Assembly (NCBI GenBank): GCA_951406725.2
Contig: OX597821.1
Location: 23,560,001-23,624,000 of the forward strand
Direction: 5' to 3'
Source: Octopus vulgaris
Lineage: Eukaryota
DNA: 64,000 nucleotides
Under the pieces are notes generated by a model, which was given only the letters and a program-made list of their open reading frames with translations, searched no databases and had not been told where the DNA came from. Every line of letters starts with the position of its first letter. Position 1 is the first letter of the stretch. Positions 39,144 to 53,168 of this stretch are shown piece after piece. A program made the position numbers and the translations under genes.

Positions 39144-40420
39144 GATTAAATAATTAAATTTAGAAAAATTAGAAGAAAAGTTTTTTAAAAGAATATTTCT
39201 ATAGTAGTGTTCAGATTTAAGTGGCATTCTGTCTTTCTCTGACTCCCTTGTTTGCACTTGTGTGTCGGAGGTCGTTGTGAGTTCTTGGAAGTGTAGTAGA
39301 GGAAGAAGGCTGGTGGGGAAAGGGGGATGGGAGAATCTGGGAGTGCCCTGATGGTCGTATTTTGAATGGTCAGTGGCGGCTGGCAGTCTCAGTTCAATTC
39401 AGGAGAATATTTATATTGACAGGCTTGTTTATAGAATTAGCGTGGGTGTTATACTAAAAAACATTAGTGACAAAGTTAAGGGGTAGGGGGTGGAGAAGTA
39501 GAAGAAGAAGAAGAAGAAGAAGAAGAAGAAGAAGAAGAAGAAGAAGAAGAAGAAGGAGAAGATGACGATGATGGTGGTGGTGGTGATGATTATGACGACG
39601 ATGATGATGATAATGATGATGAAGAAAAAGAAGAAGAAGGAGGAGAAGGAGAAGATGGTGGTGATGATGGTGGTGATGATGATGACGACGATGATGATGA
39701 TAATGATGATGATGAAGAAGAAGAGGATGAAGAAGAAGAAGAAAAAAACAGAGAAGGGGGAATATGAATGGGTGTAAGTATAGCTATGAAGGGGCTGATT
39801 AGTAATGGATTCTATGGAGTGTAATATTTGTGTGTGTATATATATTTTTTTCTTTTATTCTAAAGTTGAGGTATATCAATTGTTTGTCGTAGACCCGTTT
39901 AGAAGTGGCTTGTATTTTGTAATAAAGAGATTTTCTTTACTTATTCGTTGTCTCGAGGTTGTATCGTCCCTAAATTGGTAGAGGGGGAAAATTCTGAAGT
40001 TTGGTGTTTTTTGTTGGCGCAAGTATCTATGTGTTGGCTAAAAGCTATTTTTCTGTTTTGGGGAATTTTTATCTGGGATCTGTGCAGGGCCATTCGTTTA
40101 CGCAAACCATTTTTTGTTTGGCCTATGTACTGCTCTTGACACCCGGAGCAGGTTAGTGAGTATATTAGGTTCTCCGAAGCACATGTGAAGTTGCTTTTCA
40201 CTGTAAACCGTTGTCCCTGCTTGAAGGAGAACTCTGATCCCTCAATTAGATAGTCGCATATCCCGCAATTGGGTCTTCCACATTTTTTTACTGTCGGCTT
40301 CTGTGTTGAGGAGTGAATTCGGGCTTGTGTAAGGAGACTTTTCATGGATCTAGGCTGTCTTTTGCTTTTTATGATCGTGTGTGTTTGGAGGATTGTGTTC
40401 ATTCTGTGGTCTTTTTTTAG

Positions 40421-41560
40421 TCATAGGATACCTAGAGATCAGTCTGTATCGTAAGGTTCTAGAAAGATATGGCAGCCCTTTCTCCATCTACATAGAAAAC
40501 AACTGGAAGAGATATCTAGATGACTGTTTCATCCTTTGGCATAAAAATATAGAAAAACTCATAGAATTCCAGAAAATTTTAAACGGACTGGACGTAAACA
40601 TCCAATTCACGATGGAATATAGCCAACAACAACTCCCCTTCCTCGATATCCTCATTAAGAAAGCTAATAATATAATAGAAACAGACATATACTATAAGCC
40701 TACAGACTCTAAGCAATATCTTCCATTCAATTCATGCCACCCCAGACACACCAGGATGATTATCCCCTTCAATCTAGCAAAAAGGATATGCACTATAGTC
40801 TCTAACGCAAATACCAGAGACACACGACTACAAGAACTAAAAGATACCCTAATCACCAGGAACTATCCACCTTCACTTATTGACAAGTGCATTCAACGTG
40901 CCCTTCAACTTAACATCAAGGAACTGAGACATCCCAAATCAAAGAAAAACTTACAACCAAAAGCCTTACCATACATCTCCACACACAACCCTCTCAATAA
41001 CGAAGCCTTCGACACCATCCTCCACAACATACCCCTCCTAAAAAAAGACCACAGAATGAACACAATCCTCCAAACACACACGATCATAAAAAGCAAAAGA
41101 CAGCCTAGATCCATGAAAAGTCTCCTTACACAAGCCCGAATTCACTCCTCAACACAGAAGCCGACAGTAAAAAAATGTGGAAGACCCAATTGCGGGATAT
41201 GCGACTATCTAATTGAGGGATCAGAGTTCTCCTTCAAGCAGGGACAAACGGTTTACAGTGAAAAGCAACTTCACATGTGCTTCGGAGAACCTAATATACT
41301 CACTAACCTGCTCCGGGTGTCAAGAGCAGTACATAGGCCAAACAAAAAATGGTTTGCGTAAACGAATGGCCCTGCACAGATCCCAGATAAAAATTCCCCA
41401 AAACAGAAAAATAGCTTTTAGCCAACACATAGATACTTGCGCCAACAAAAAACACCAAACTTCAGAATTTTCCCCCTCTACCAATTTAGGGACGATACAA
41501 CCTCGAGACAACGAATAAGTAAAGAAAATCTCTTTATTACAAAATACAAGCCACTTCTAA
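40421..41560 (+). pseudogene. PLE RT-GIY-YIG ORF, truncated and frameshifted
   Basis: Open from the junction at 40421. +1 A near 41248 is absent from the inverted copy; a further frameshift near 41450 is present in both arms. Confidence 0.85.
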
Positions 41561-42301
41561 ACGGGTCTACGACAAACAATTGATATACCTCAACTTTAGA
41601 ATAAAAGAAAAAAATATATATACACACACAAATATTACACTCCATAGAATCCATTACTAATCAGCCCCTTCATAGCTATACTTACACCCATTCATATTCC
41701 TCCTTCTCTGTTTTTTTCTTCTTCTTCTTCATCCTCTTCTTCTTTATCATCATCATTATCATCATCATCGTCGTCATCATCATCACCACCATCATCACCA
41801 CCATCTTCTCCTTCTCCTCCTTCTTCTTCTTTTTCTTCATCATCATTATCATCATCATCGTCGTCATAATCATCACCACCACCACCATCATCGTCATCTT
41901 CTCCTTCTCCTTCTTCTTCTTCTTCTTCTTCTTCTTCTTCTTCTACTTCTCCACCCCCTACCCCTTAACTTTGTCACTAATGTTTTTTAGTATAACACCC
42001 ACGCTAATTCTATAAACAAGCCTGTCAATATAAATATTCTCCTGAATTGAACTGAGACTGCCAGCCGCCACTGACCATTCAAAATACGACCATCAGGGCA
42101 CTCCCAGATTCTCCCATCCCCCTTTCCCCACCAGCCTTCTTCCTCTACTACACTTCCAAGAACTCACAACGACCTCCGACACACAAGTGCAAACAAGGGA
42201 GTCAGAGAAAGACAGAATGCCACTTAAATCTGAACACTACTATAGAAATATTCTTTTAAAAAAACTTTTCTTCTAATTTTTCTAAATTTAATTATTTAAT
42301 C

Positions 42302-42347
42302 GTTACAGTTGAAAAGGTCTCAAAATGACCGAAACCGGTACTGAAAT
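42302..42347 (+). ncRNA. PLE hammerhead ribozyme motif (U3-A8 variant)
   Basis: gttacag TTGAAAA ggtc-tcaaaat-gacc GAAA CCGG TA ctgaaat; lies about 50 nt from the element 3' end. Confidence 0.7.
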
Positions 42348-42392
42348 GTTCACTATAAAATTATTTTAGCATTTTCTATTTTTGACTGGTTT

Positions 42393-42451
<59 letters not shown>

Positions 42452-42479
42452 TGTGTGTATAACATGGTATTACAGTATC

Positions 42480-42750
42480 GCCAAGTCTATTGAGTGTTGT
42501 TATACACCGCTAGTCACAATACACTTTGCATTGTCTTAGCATTCGAACGATACTACCCTGCTGGCTAGGCGAGCAGGCCAACGTTCTCCTTGAACAGAAT
42601 GCCAGTCCATCTCCGGGTTACCTATCTGCAACTGACCGTGACTAGAGCAACGTGAACGGAAATGTTCACAACGCACTGCAGGTAAGAGAATCGAAACCAG
42701 GATCTTGCGATCGTGAATGCAACACTCTAACCACAAGGCCACGCGCCTTC
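42480..42750 (-). mobile_element. tRNA-derived SINE with V-domain-like motif
   Basis: Reverse strand: gtggttagagtgttg...ggtttcgattc head, then aacccggagatggactggcattc (V-SINE-like). Related to 62092-62345. Confidence 0.6.
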
Positions 42751-42765
42751 ATATATATATACATA

Positions 42766-42810
<45 letters not shown>

Positions 42811-43123
42811 GTGTGTGTGAGTGTGTGCGTGCGTGTGTGTGTATGTATACATATATACACACACATATATATATGTATATAAGTATTTATATATGTTTGA
42901 ATGTATGTATGTACGTGTGTGTGTGCGTGTATATATATATATATATAGCTATAGATATAGATAAAACTTACTTGGAAAAGGATGCGTGGCGTTCGATCAT
43001 ATAATAATATAAATAATATATGAATATATACATACATATATGTACATACCTACATATATATGTATATATACATGCATATATGGGTACAGGAACGTTATTT
43101 TGATGTCCTGTACCCATATATGC

Positions 43124-43170
<47 letters not shown>

Positions 43171-43191
43171 GGTATGTACAAGGTATGTACA

Positions 43192-43239
<48 letters not shown>

Positions 43240-43891
43240 GTGTGTGTGTGTCCGTACAGCTGTACGCGTATACGGTAAACTAAATGTTGAGAGAGAGAGA
43301 GAGAGAGTTGACTAGAAACAATGTCTGAATGTGAGTTATGCAAATAGTAACTGAAAAAGAAACTCAGAGCGTGTATGCGCGCGCGCAAGTGGATGTGTGA
43401 TGGAGTTTGAGAAAGTGAAAGAACGAGAGTGACAGTGACTAGAGGAAGAACAATGAGAGAGCTTGAGTTTGAGATACAGGATAAGTGTGTGTGTGTGTGT
43501 GTGAAAGAGAGAAAGAGAATGTGTGAGTGTCTGTGCATATGTGTATGCATGGAAGTATCTTAGTGTCTGTGTATATGTGTATGTATGTGCATCTAAGAGA
43601 GATATTGATGGATAGAAATATAGACAGATGAATGAACCGATAGACTCACGTAGAGATAGACAGACAAATGTATGTCTAGATATATGATGAAAAGTTTGCA
43701 AGACGCAACGAAAATTTTGGAAAAAAATAAATAAACGAGTTAAATAATAGGGCACTAAGAGTGAATGACTCTCTCCAGACACAATAAAATATATCTCTCT
43801 CAGATACATATACATACACATATACACACGAGTTCACATAAAGAATCTTGCAAACCAAATACAAAAACGAAATATATATATGTATATATAA

Positions 43892-43964
<73 letters not shown>

Positions 43965-44210
43965 AACGTAGAGTAGATGAAACCATGGCGACTGAAGAAG
44001 GGGTTTTTTCCTTGTGTTATTTGTCCTGTACTCTATTTTTTTGTTGTTTAAGAAAAATGTCCAGTTCCTTGGGTTTGTGTCTATGTTTTCGTTTCTCATT
44101 GTGTTCGACGTTTTTTTCGTGTCCTGTACTCATATATGCGTGTATATATACATGTAGAGGTAGGTACGTACATATATGTATATATATATATGCATATGTT
44201 TTATTTATTA

Positions 44211-44273
<63 letters not shown>

Positions 44274-44834
44274 GAGAAAGAGAGAGAGAAAGAGTCATAG
44301 ACAGACAGATGGATACATAGTAAGACAGGAAGAACCAAAAAATGACGAAGAAAAACAAGAATGACAGAAAGAATGAAAGAAAGACTAGAAGGAATGAAAG
44401 ACACATAGTAAGAAAAGTCAAACAATGCACAAAAGAAGAAAGATTAAAGAGAAAGAAGGAAGAAGTAAGACGGCACAGAAAGGAAAAGAAAAAAGATAGG
44501 AAAATTTCAAAGAATAACAATAAAGAACGAAAAATAAAGCAGAAAAGCTGAAGAAAACAGAAATACATGCAGAAAGGAAGAAAAAGAGACAGATAGGAGA
44601 AAGGAATTAGAAAGAAATATGATGGCAAGGCATTCTCCAGCAACTCATCTTTCCACTTATCTCTTTGTAAAGGTCGGTATTGGGAAGGATCTAGAAAGGT
44701 TACCTTGCCAAAATTTCTTCAGCTGACGTAGCGTAAGTTGGCAGTTGGCAGAGTGAAGTTTTGTAACCTTCATTTGAGGAGAGCTCTTCATGTCTAAGCG
44801 CTTTATATACACATACGCAGACACGCACTATACA

Positions 44835-44897
<63 letters not shown>

Positions 44898-44944
44898 CGT
44901 GTGTGTGTATCTATGTATATATATGTAGTATGTATATATATAAG

Positions 44945-44992
<48 letters not shown>

Positions 44993-45044
44993 CATATGTA
45001 TGTATGTATATATATATATGTATATATATATATGTGTGTGTATG

Positions 45045-45081
<37 letters not shown>

Positions 45082-45160
45082 ATGTATATAAACACACACA
45101 TACATACACTACATGTGTAGGTGTATGCATATATGGGTGGAAATACACACACTCAGACAC

Positions 45161-45239
<79 letters not shown>

Positions 45240-45744
45240 TGTGTGTGTGTGTGCGCGTGTATTTGTGTGTGTGTGTGTGTGTGTGTCTATATTATTTATG
45301 TTATTTACACAAATGGTATGAAATCTAGTAAATAGTATGCGTATATATGTGTGTGTGTGTGTGTGCGTGTGAATGTCTATACGTACACCATCCCCGTAAC
45401 ACACACGCTAATACACACACACATACTCACTCACACACATAACTTTTACAGACATTCACCACACACGCACACGCTCGCACCAACACACACGCACCGACGC
45501 ACATATACACACTCAACACTCTCACACATACTCACACTCACCCACCCACATACACACACACACACACGTATACACACACTCAATCACACACACTTACACA
45601 CATGGATGTGTCAGCTCGGACGTTTAGTCGTCTGCCAGGGATGACCTGTCTTGAACACTAACTATCCGTGTGGACATAAGTGCGTTTCTCTCCGTGTGTG
45701 TATTCTTTAAAACTTGGTGCGATTGTGTTTACGCACGTTCGATT

Positions 45745-46300
<556 letters not shown>

Positions 46301-46938
46301 GATATATATTATATATATATATGAATATATATATGTACACATGTATGTATGTATGTATGTATGTATGTATGTATGTATGTATGTATGTATGTATGTATGT
46401 GTGTGTATGTATGTATATATGTGTATGTATGTGTATGTATGTATGCATGTTAGTGAGTATATTTGTGCCCTAAATATGTATGCATACGAAGTGTGCATAC
46501 GAAACTACGCAGTGTAAATGCGTACTTGTATGTGTAGCGGGAGTGTGTCTATTTATATGTATGCATATGTAGGACCTATACACAAAACGCACACACGCGT
46601 TCGCACACACATTTACAAATAGATACACACGCATATGTATATGCATATTTGCCCGTATACATTCACACGCTATAGCATGCATCCACACGGATAGACATGT
46701 AAGCACACACACACACAACCGTCTGTGATGTAGGCAGTTACGTAGACTCTACACACCTCCGTTAACGAAACGACCACATTGTATCAGTCATACACACATA
46801 TGCGCAGAAACACACGCATGCACGCCCCCCCCCACCACACACGCACACACACACACACATACACACACACATACGCACACACATACGCACACACACACAC
46901 ACATGTATATATCTCTTTTTCTTTCTTTCTTTTTTTTT

Positions 46939-47328
46939 CTTTGTTTCAGTCATTTTGACTGCGGCCATGCTGGAGCACCGCCTTTAATCGGGCAACTCGA
47001 CCCCGGGACTTATTCTTTGTAACCCAGTACTTATTCTATCGGTCTCTTTTGCCGAACCGCTAAGTGACAGGGACATAAACACACCAGCATCGGTTGTCAA
47101 GCAATGCTAGGGGGACAAATACAGACACACAAACGTACACGCACATACATATATATATACATATATACGACGGGCTTCTTTCAGTTTCCGTCTACCAAAT
47201 CCACTCACAAGGCATTGGTCGGCCCGAGGCTATAGTAGACACTTGCCCTAGCTGCCACGCAGTGGGACTGAACCCGGAACCATGTGGTTGGTAAACAAGC
47301 TACTTACCACACAGCCACTCCTGCGCCT
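46939..47328 (-). mobile_element. SINE family B, full-length
   Basis: Reverse complement consensus match. Confidence 0.9.
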
Positions 47329-47329
47329 T

Positions 47330-47543
47330 TACTACCCACAAGGGGCTAAACATAGAGGGGACAAACAAAGGGATTAAGTCGATTACATCGACCCCAGTGC
47401 GAAACTGGTACTTTATTTATCGACCCCGAAAGGATGAAAGGCAAAGTCGACCTCGGCAGAATTTGAACTCACAACGTAACGGCAGACCAAATACGGCTAC
47501 GCATTTCGCCCGGCGTGCTAGCGTTTCTGCCAGGTCGCCGCCT
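47330..47543 (-). mobile_element. SINE family A
   Basis: Reverse complement of 25582-25811; abuts the head of SINE B. Confidence 0.88.
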
Positions 47544-47565
47544 TCACACATGTATATATATATAT

Positions 47566-47682
47566 ACGACGGGCTTCTTCCAGTTTCATCAACCAAATCC
47601 ATTCACAAGGCCCGAGGCTATAGTAGAAGACACTTACCCAAGGTGTCACGCAGTGGGACTGAACCCAGCCACTCCTGCGCCT
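47566..47682 (-). mobile_element. SINE family B 5' half, deleted
   Basis: cgacgggcttctt...agccactcctgcgcct. Confidence 0.75.
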
Positions 47683-47768
47683 ACACACACGCTCGCACAC
47701 ACACATATATATATAATGCATACACCATATACTTAAACATAAATACGCACGCACACACACACACACAC

Positions 47769-47856
<88 letters not shown>

Positions 47857-47858
47857 TA

Positions 47859-47897
<39 letters not shown>

Positions 47898-48016
47898 GCA
47901 CACATACACGCACATATACGTCTACATAACAGCCTATGTGTTTATAAGCTGTAGGTATTGGGGTATGACTATGTTCTACGTATATTTCCTATTTAGCACT
48001 GGGGATTCATTTATGA

Positions 48017-48067
<51 letters not shown>

Positions 48068-48158
48068 AGTATGTGCGTACAAGTGCGTGTGTGTGCGTAT
48101 GTGTCTGTGAGTCCGTGAGTATCCATATATATGTGTGTGTGCGTGTGTGTATATGTAT

Positions 48159-48198
<40 letters not shown>

Positions 48199-49649
48199 AT
48201 ACATGTACACACACGTGTACACACATATGCTCAGGCACTCGCACATCCACACATACACATAGAGAAATAGACAGACATACAATCAAAATAGATATGCATA
48301 GGTACACACACATAGTTACAGTTTTTATTGATATACACGTTCGAAGAAAGGCATTCTAATTGACTCGTTCTCTCACTCAAGTACACTCACACACACTGAC
48401 ACACACACAAACACAAACACAAACACACGTACAGACACGCACACATACACACATCCTTTCATGCCCACACACACATTGACAGCTACATATTTTCACAGGT
48501 ATTTAAACACTGCTGCATGCTCAGACAGGCCAATCTGTATACGCTGACAGCAGACACCACGAGGAGATAATGAACTACAGTAACATAGTATTTTTTTGAG
48601 ATAAGCGTATAGTGGGGCATTATGGCTGAATGGGTAAGAAGTTCGCTGAGCAACCCAGAAAACTTGAGTTCGCTCTCTGTGTTAGGCATTGTGCGTAATT
48701 TTCATTTTTCATTTTTTATTGTGCCATACCTTATGAGTGAAACTGAATAGAGCACCGCCGAATGGATTGTTCCAGAAGTGCAAAGGTACAACTTTGTTTC
48801 ACACTGTTTCTTCCTGAGAATTACGTTAAGGCTACTCATGTCTGTGGAGTACTCAGGCGCTTACACTTTCATTCAATGGACAGATGACTCAGTTAATTGA
48901 ACGACGGAGTTCTACCAGATATTCTTGTTGTAATTATTATTGTTTTAGCCCCAGGTTTGCCATGAGCTTGCTGACCGGTAAAGAAAGGCGTTCCGGCCGA
49001 GATAATCCAGTCTTAATTCAAACTTTATATCTAGGGCTACCTAGGGCTGACGTGTTTAAGATGGTAAGCTGAAAATTCGATTTTTTAAAAATACTTTGGT
49101 TTGAACGAAGATTTAGCTGCTTTGTTTAGCAGGTGGAATGACCACTTATAACGTCAGTGGCCCTGCATTCACGAACACGTCCTTACCATGTAGCTAACCC
49201 TGATCAAGCCTATGGCCAATGATATTTCAGCTTTGACCATCCCATCGTAATTTTCAGACAGCATATATATGACTACAGTCCAATGTCTTGTTTCTGTATT
49301 TAAGGTAATAGACGGTGATTTGAGGGGAATTCAGCACTAATTTCTAGTAGGTCGTTTGCTCATATGACGTCTTTTTTCCCCATACTTTCTAGTTTGGAAG
49401 GAAGATAGAGCTTCCGAGACTTGTGAGCGCTTCTACGTTACGGAAATCATGATACGGTAAGATTTTCAGAGCGTATTGATTTCCGTGTTACGCAGACATT
49501 AATGAATATGGATGTCAATAGAAAATGAAAAAAAAAAAATCTCGTTAGGGAATTCCACGTCTAAGGGACCCAGTTACAGTAAAGTCTTCGGGACTAAACC
49601 CTTAGGGAAAATCGGATGTCAGAGCTCCTTAGACAGTTTAACGTTATTT

Positions 49650-50060
49650 ACAACTTCCTTCTGGCAACTCCTGCGACAATGCTTGCGTCAATTTGTAACG
49701 GCAGCGTTGTTTTTTGGACCCATCAGTGACATGGAGAAGAGGAGCTCGCTATATGGACAGCAACCCGTCCTCTATACTATACTTCACAAGCTTAGATCCT
49801 ATCGAATATCCTATATTTGAAAGAGAGAAACGGATAGCACACTGGAGAGGACACTCCCATCTCGCCTTCGGTGTCGATACAACTCGGAGAGCAACAGTTA
49901 CCAGTTAAAAGTCATTGCTACAACTGAAAACACTGGAAAGCCAACAAGTACGGTTTGTGTGACAGAGACTGTCATTCCAGCATCGGACTCTTCAACCACA
50001 GGCAATGGTGATCCAGCAAGGTGGACATGTAAGACCTTCATCAATGGCCAGTAAGGACAA
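49650..50060 (+). mobile_element. RTE-derived non-autonomous fragment (UTR-like part plus 3' end)
   Basis: 3' part translates GLCDRDCHSSIGLFNHRQW, resembling the RTE C-terminal CxRxCHSRIGLxSH motif. Confidence 0.5.
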
Positions 50061-50069
50061 ACGGAGGTT

Positions 50070-50760
50070 TTAGTGCAATTTTTTTATTGGATGGTTTTAG
50101 GAATAGTTTACTCAGAAGACATTTTAGGCATATAGTTCTAAACTCTGTCCTGTCCTTAACTTTTGGTTTCTTTGGTAATGGAACAGTCATCTCATTTGGT
50201 ATTTGTTCACTTTCATATATAACTAACTGTTGGTTGCGATTATCTAAATGCTTTTAATGTGTCATTTAGTATTTCATCTGTCCACTTGCCTTTCCATCTT
50301 TATACCTTCTTTTCGCTTCTTGAAAATTTTTGCTTCTATTAACAACGTCATAAATGGGTATAAACCACATCTGTTCTCATCAACGTAAGTCCTTTGTGTT
50401 CAACCGATGTAAATGTAATCTGCGCGTACTCAAACAGTATGTTCTCCTTTTGTCCTTAATGCTACCTCTTTGTTTAACCCTGTATTTACTGTAATTGACT
50501 TCATTTGTTTTACCATATATTTCTTATACTGCTTTTTAAAGTTTTTCAAGTACATAGTATCTTTTGTTTTTCAACATTCACATCAGAACTCTTCATCTGC
50601 GATGTTATATCTACCTTGATCTCTTTTCTTATATCCTGATACTCTTTCATTCTTCCATATTATATACAATTTTATCAGTTTCCCCTTGCTTTTTATTTTC
50701 TCTTTTAAGCAATGTTCCCTTTAGTGGTGTGGGTTTGTTTTATTAAATAACTGCACAGAT
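50070..50760 (-). pseudogene. Old RTE/BovB-like LINE fragment (endonuclease-RT linker)
   Basis: Purine-rich minus strand with remnants GSIKDK..ILFE and RTICL; heavily decayed. Confidence 0.45.
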
Positions 50761-51029
50761 TCACTACCCCCAAGATACCTAGTTGAGAATTGATACTGCA
50801 AATTCTGAAACATTAGTTTATCTCTACTGTAAAAGAATAGTGATTTGGTGGGTTTATTGCATTTTCTACAATGTTCAACTCTGTTTTCTGCGTCATTGCA
50901 AGTCTCAGCTGGTAAAAAGACTATTTATGGTGCGAAGCAGTAGATACATCACGGATATGGGAACTGCATTCTCATCAAGGTATATAGACTCAGCAGCTGT
51001 TCGGAAGTAAAACCGTTCTTAGCTATAAG

Positions 51030-51393
51030 CAGGATCGGATTAAGGCCCATAGAGTCCCTAACCTCTTAAAATTCAAAATATAAACAATAATAAACCATAA
51101 AATATTTTTTTTATTTTTCTGAATGAATCAAAACTAATAATAAGAAAAATAATGTTTACTCTTACTCTTTTATTCTCTTTTACTCTTTTACTTGTTTCAG
51201 TCATTTGACTGCGGCCATGCTGGAGCACCGCCTTTAGTCGAGCAACTCGACCCCGGGACTTATTCTTTTGTAAGCCCAGTACTTATTCTATCGGTCTCTT
51301 TTGCCGAACCGCTAAGTAACGGGGACATAAACACACCAGCATCGGTTGTCAAGCAATGCTAGGGGGACAAACACAGACACACAAACACACACA

Positions 51394-51449
<56 letters not shown>

Positions 51450-51758
51450 ACGGGCTTCTTTTCAGTTTCCGTCTACTAAATCCACTCACAAGGCGCCTAT
51501 ATTTGAATATTTCCACTGATTTCTTTGAAAAATTTTCTCCTTTTTTTTAATTGCAATGTCTTTAATGGGTTCCTCACTACGACACCATGAACACGTGGAA
51601 ATGATATTTCTGATCATATAAACCATTTCAAATATTATTTTAGCGAGTATAAAGTGATTCTTTTGTGCCGTAAACCATTTATCATTTCTCTGTTACTTCT
51701 CCCTTCCCTCGATGTCCTAAACATGTAATTATTTTGCTAAATCGTTAATCCAGCGCTA
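51030..51758. mobile_element. hAT-type MITE carrying a nested SINE B
   Basis: TIR caggatcggattaa / ttaatccagcgcta; 8-bp flanks gctataag / gctatcag. Confidence 0.55.
51157..51493 (-). mobile_element. SINE family B, 5'-truncated
   Basis: Tail repeat (tactcttt)n; stops at ccactcacaagg. Confidence 0.88.
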
Positions 51759-51890
51759 GCTATCAGAACTTAGGGAGCCCAGATTTCAAGCTATAGTTTT
51801 AGCCATTATATAACTAAATGGTGTATCAGAGAGTACCTCATCACAAATATGCTATGATATTCAAATGGAATCTCTTACATAGTCAACAAA

Positions 51891-52060
51891 GGCGTAGGAG
51901 TGGCTGTGTGGTAAGTAGCTTGCTTACGAACCACATGGTTCCGGGTTCAGTCCCACTGCATGGCACCTTGGGCAAATGTCTTCTACTATAGTCTCGGGCC
52001 GACCAAAGCCTTATGAGTGGATTTGATAGACGGAAACTGAAAGAAGCCCGTCGTATATAT

Positions 52061-52104
<44 letters not shown>

Positions 52105-52320
52105 GTTTGTGTGTCTGTATTTATCCCCCCAACATCGCTTGACAACCGATGGTGGTGTGTTTATGTCCCCGTAACTTAGCAGTTTGGCAAAAGAGACCGA
52201 TAGAATAAGTACTAGGCTTACAAGGAATAAGTCCTGGGGTCGATTTGCTCAACTAAAGGCGGTGCTCCAGCATGGTCGCAGTTAAATGACTGAAACAAGT
52301 AAAGAGTAAAGAGTAAGAGT
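51891..52320 (+). mobile_element. SINE family B, full-length
   Basis: Consensus match. Confidence 0.9.
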
Positions 52321-52756
52321 AAATCAGGTGATAAAGCATTTGTTTCATATAAATAAAACCAGGTGTGTCTTTCCTTTTTAATTTTCTTTTGCCAACACAA
52401 TATCGATTTTTCAAAGAAATAATTACTAAAATGTGTGTATTCGTGATATTTTGATGTAGACTAGGTCGTCGTGTTGTACCGCCATTAAGAGTTATGTTCA
52501 AGATGTCTGTAAACAGACGTATTGTGTGTCCAGTGTGAGGTATCTAAGTTACGGGTGGAAGGTAACCGGAGTGTGTCAGTCTGTTTAAAGGAGTGTTGAG
52601 TGCTGGTTAGAAATAACAACGTGTAGGTCATGGACGGATTGAAAGTCTGATGGATGACATAACCAAAATTTGAAATATAACTCGGGATGTGATTTGAAAC
52701 ATGCCTGTCGTACTCAGATGCTGTGATAACTACGGAAAAGACAAACAAAAACAGCT

Positions 52757-52825
<69 letters not shown>

Positions 52826-52844
52826 CACCACCACCACCACCACC

Positions 52845-52891
<47 letters not shown>

Positions 52892-52938
52892 CACCACCAC
52901 CACCACCACCACCACCACCACCACTACTACTACTACTG
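52757..52938. repeat. Alternating (ACT)n/(ACC)n blocks
   Basis: Direct triplet arrays. Confidence 0.95.
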
Positions 52939-53078
52939 TGGCTGCTAACGCCGCTGCTGTCAACTGAGCAGCTACTGCTTATTTGATACAGCACACATAC
53001 ACACACACACACACACACAGAGACCCCCACACACATACACATGTATATATATATAAAACAATAGGTGGATGGTGGTAC

Positions 53079-53168
53079 ACTCCCTACAGCTGTTTCAGAC
53101 GTGTTTTTTTAAAAATAGAGTTATTACGTCATGCGAAAAAGAAAAAGAAACGTTTTCATCAGGTGAAT
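53079..53168 (-). ncRNA. Hammerhead ribozyme motif, canonical core
   Basis: Minus strand: attcac CTGATGA aaacgt...(long loop)...acgtct GAAA CAGCTG TA gggagt. Confidence 0.55.

Larger units (their letters stand above)
39049..42396 (+). mobile_element. Penelope-like element, 5'-truncated, preceded by an inverted copy of its 3' ~1.36 kb
   Basis: RT motifs RYLDDCFILW, LPFLDILI, TDIYYKPTDSKQYLPFNSCHP; Cys-rich linker; GIY-YIG NLIYSLTCSGCQEQYIGQT. 39049-40420 is the reverse complement of 41038-42396. (TA)n flanks. Confidence 0.92.
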
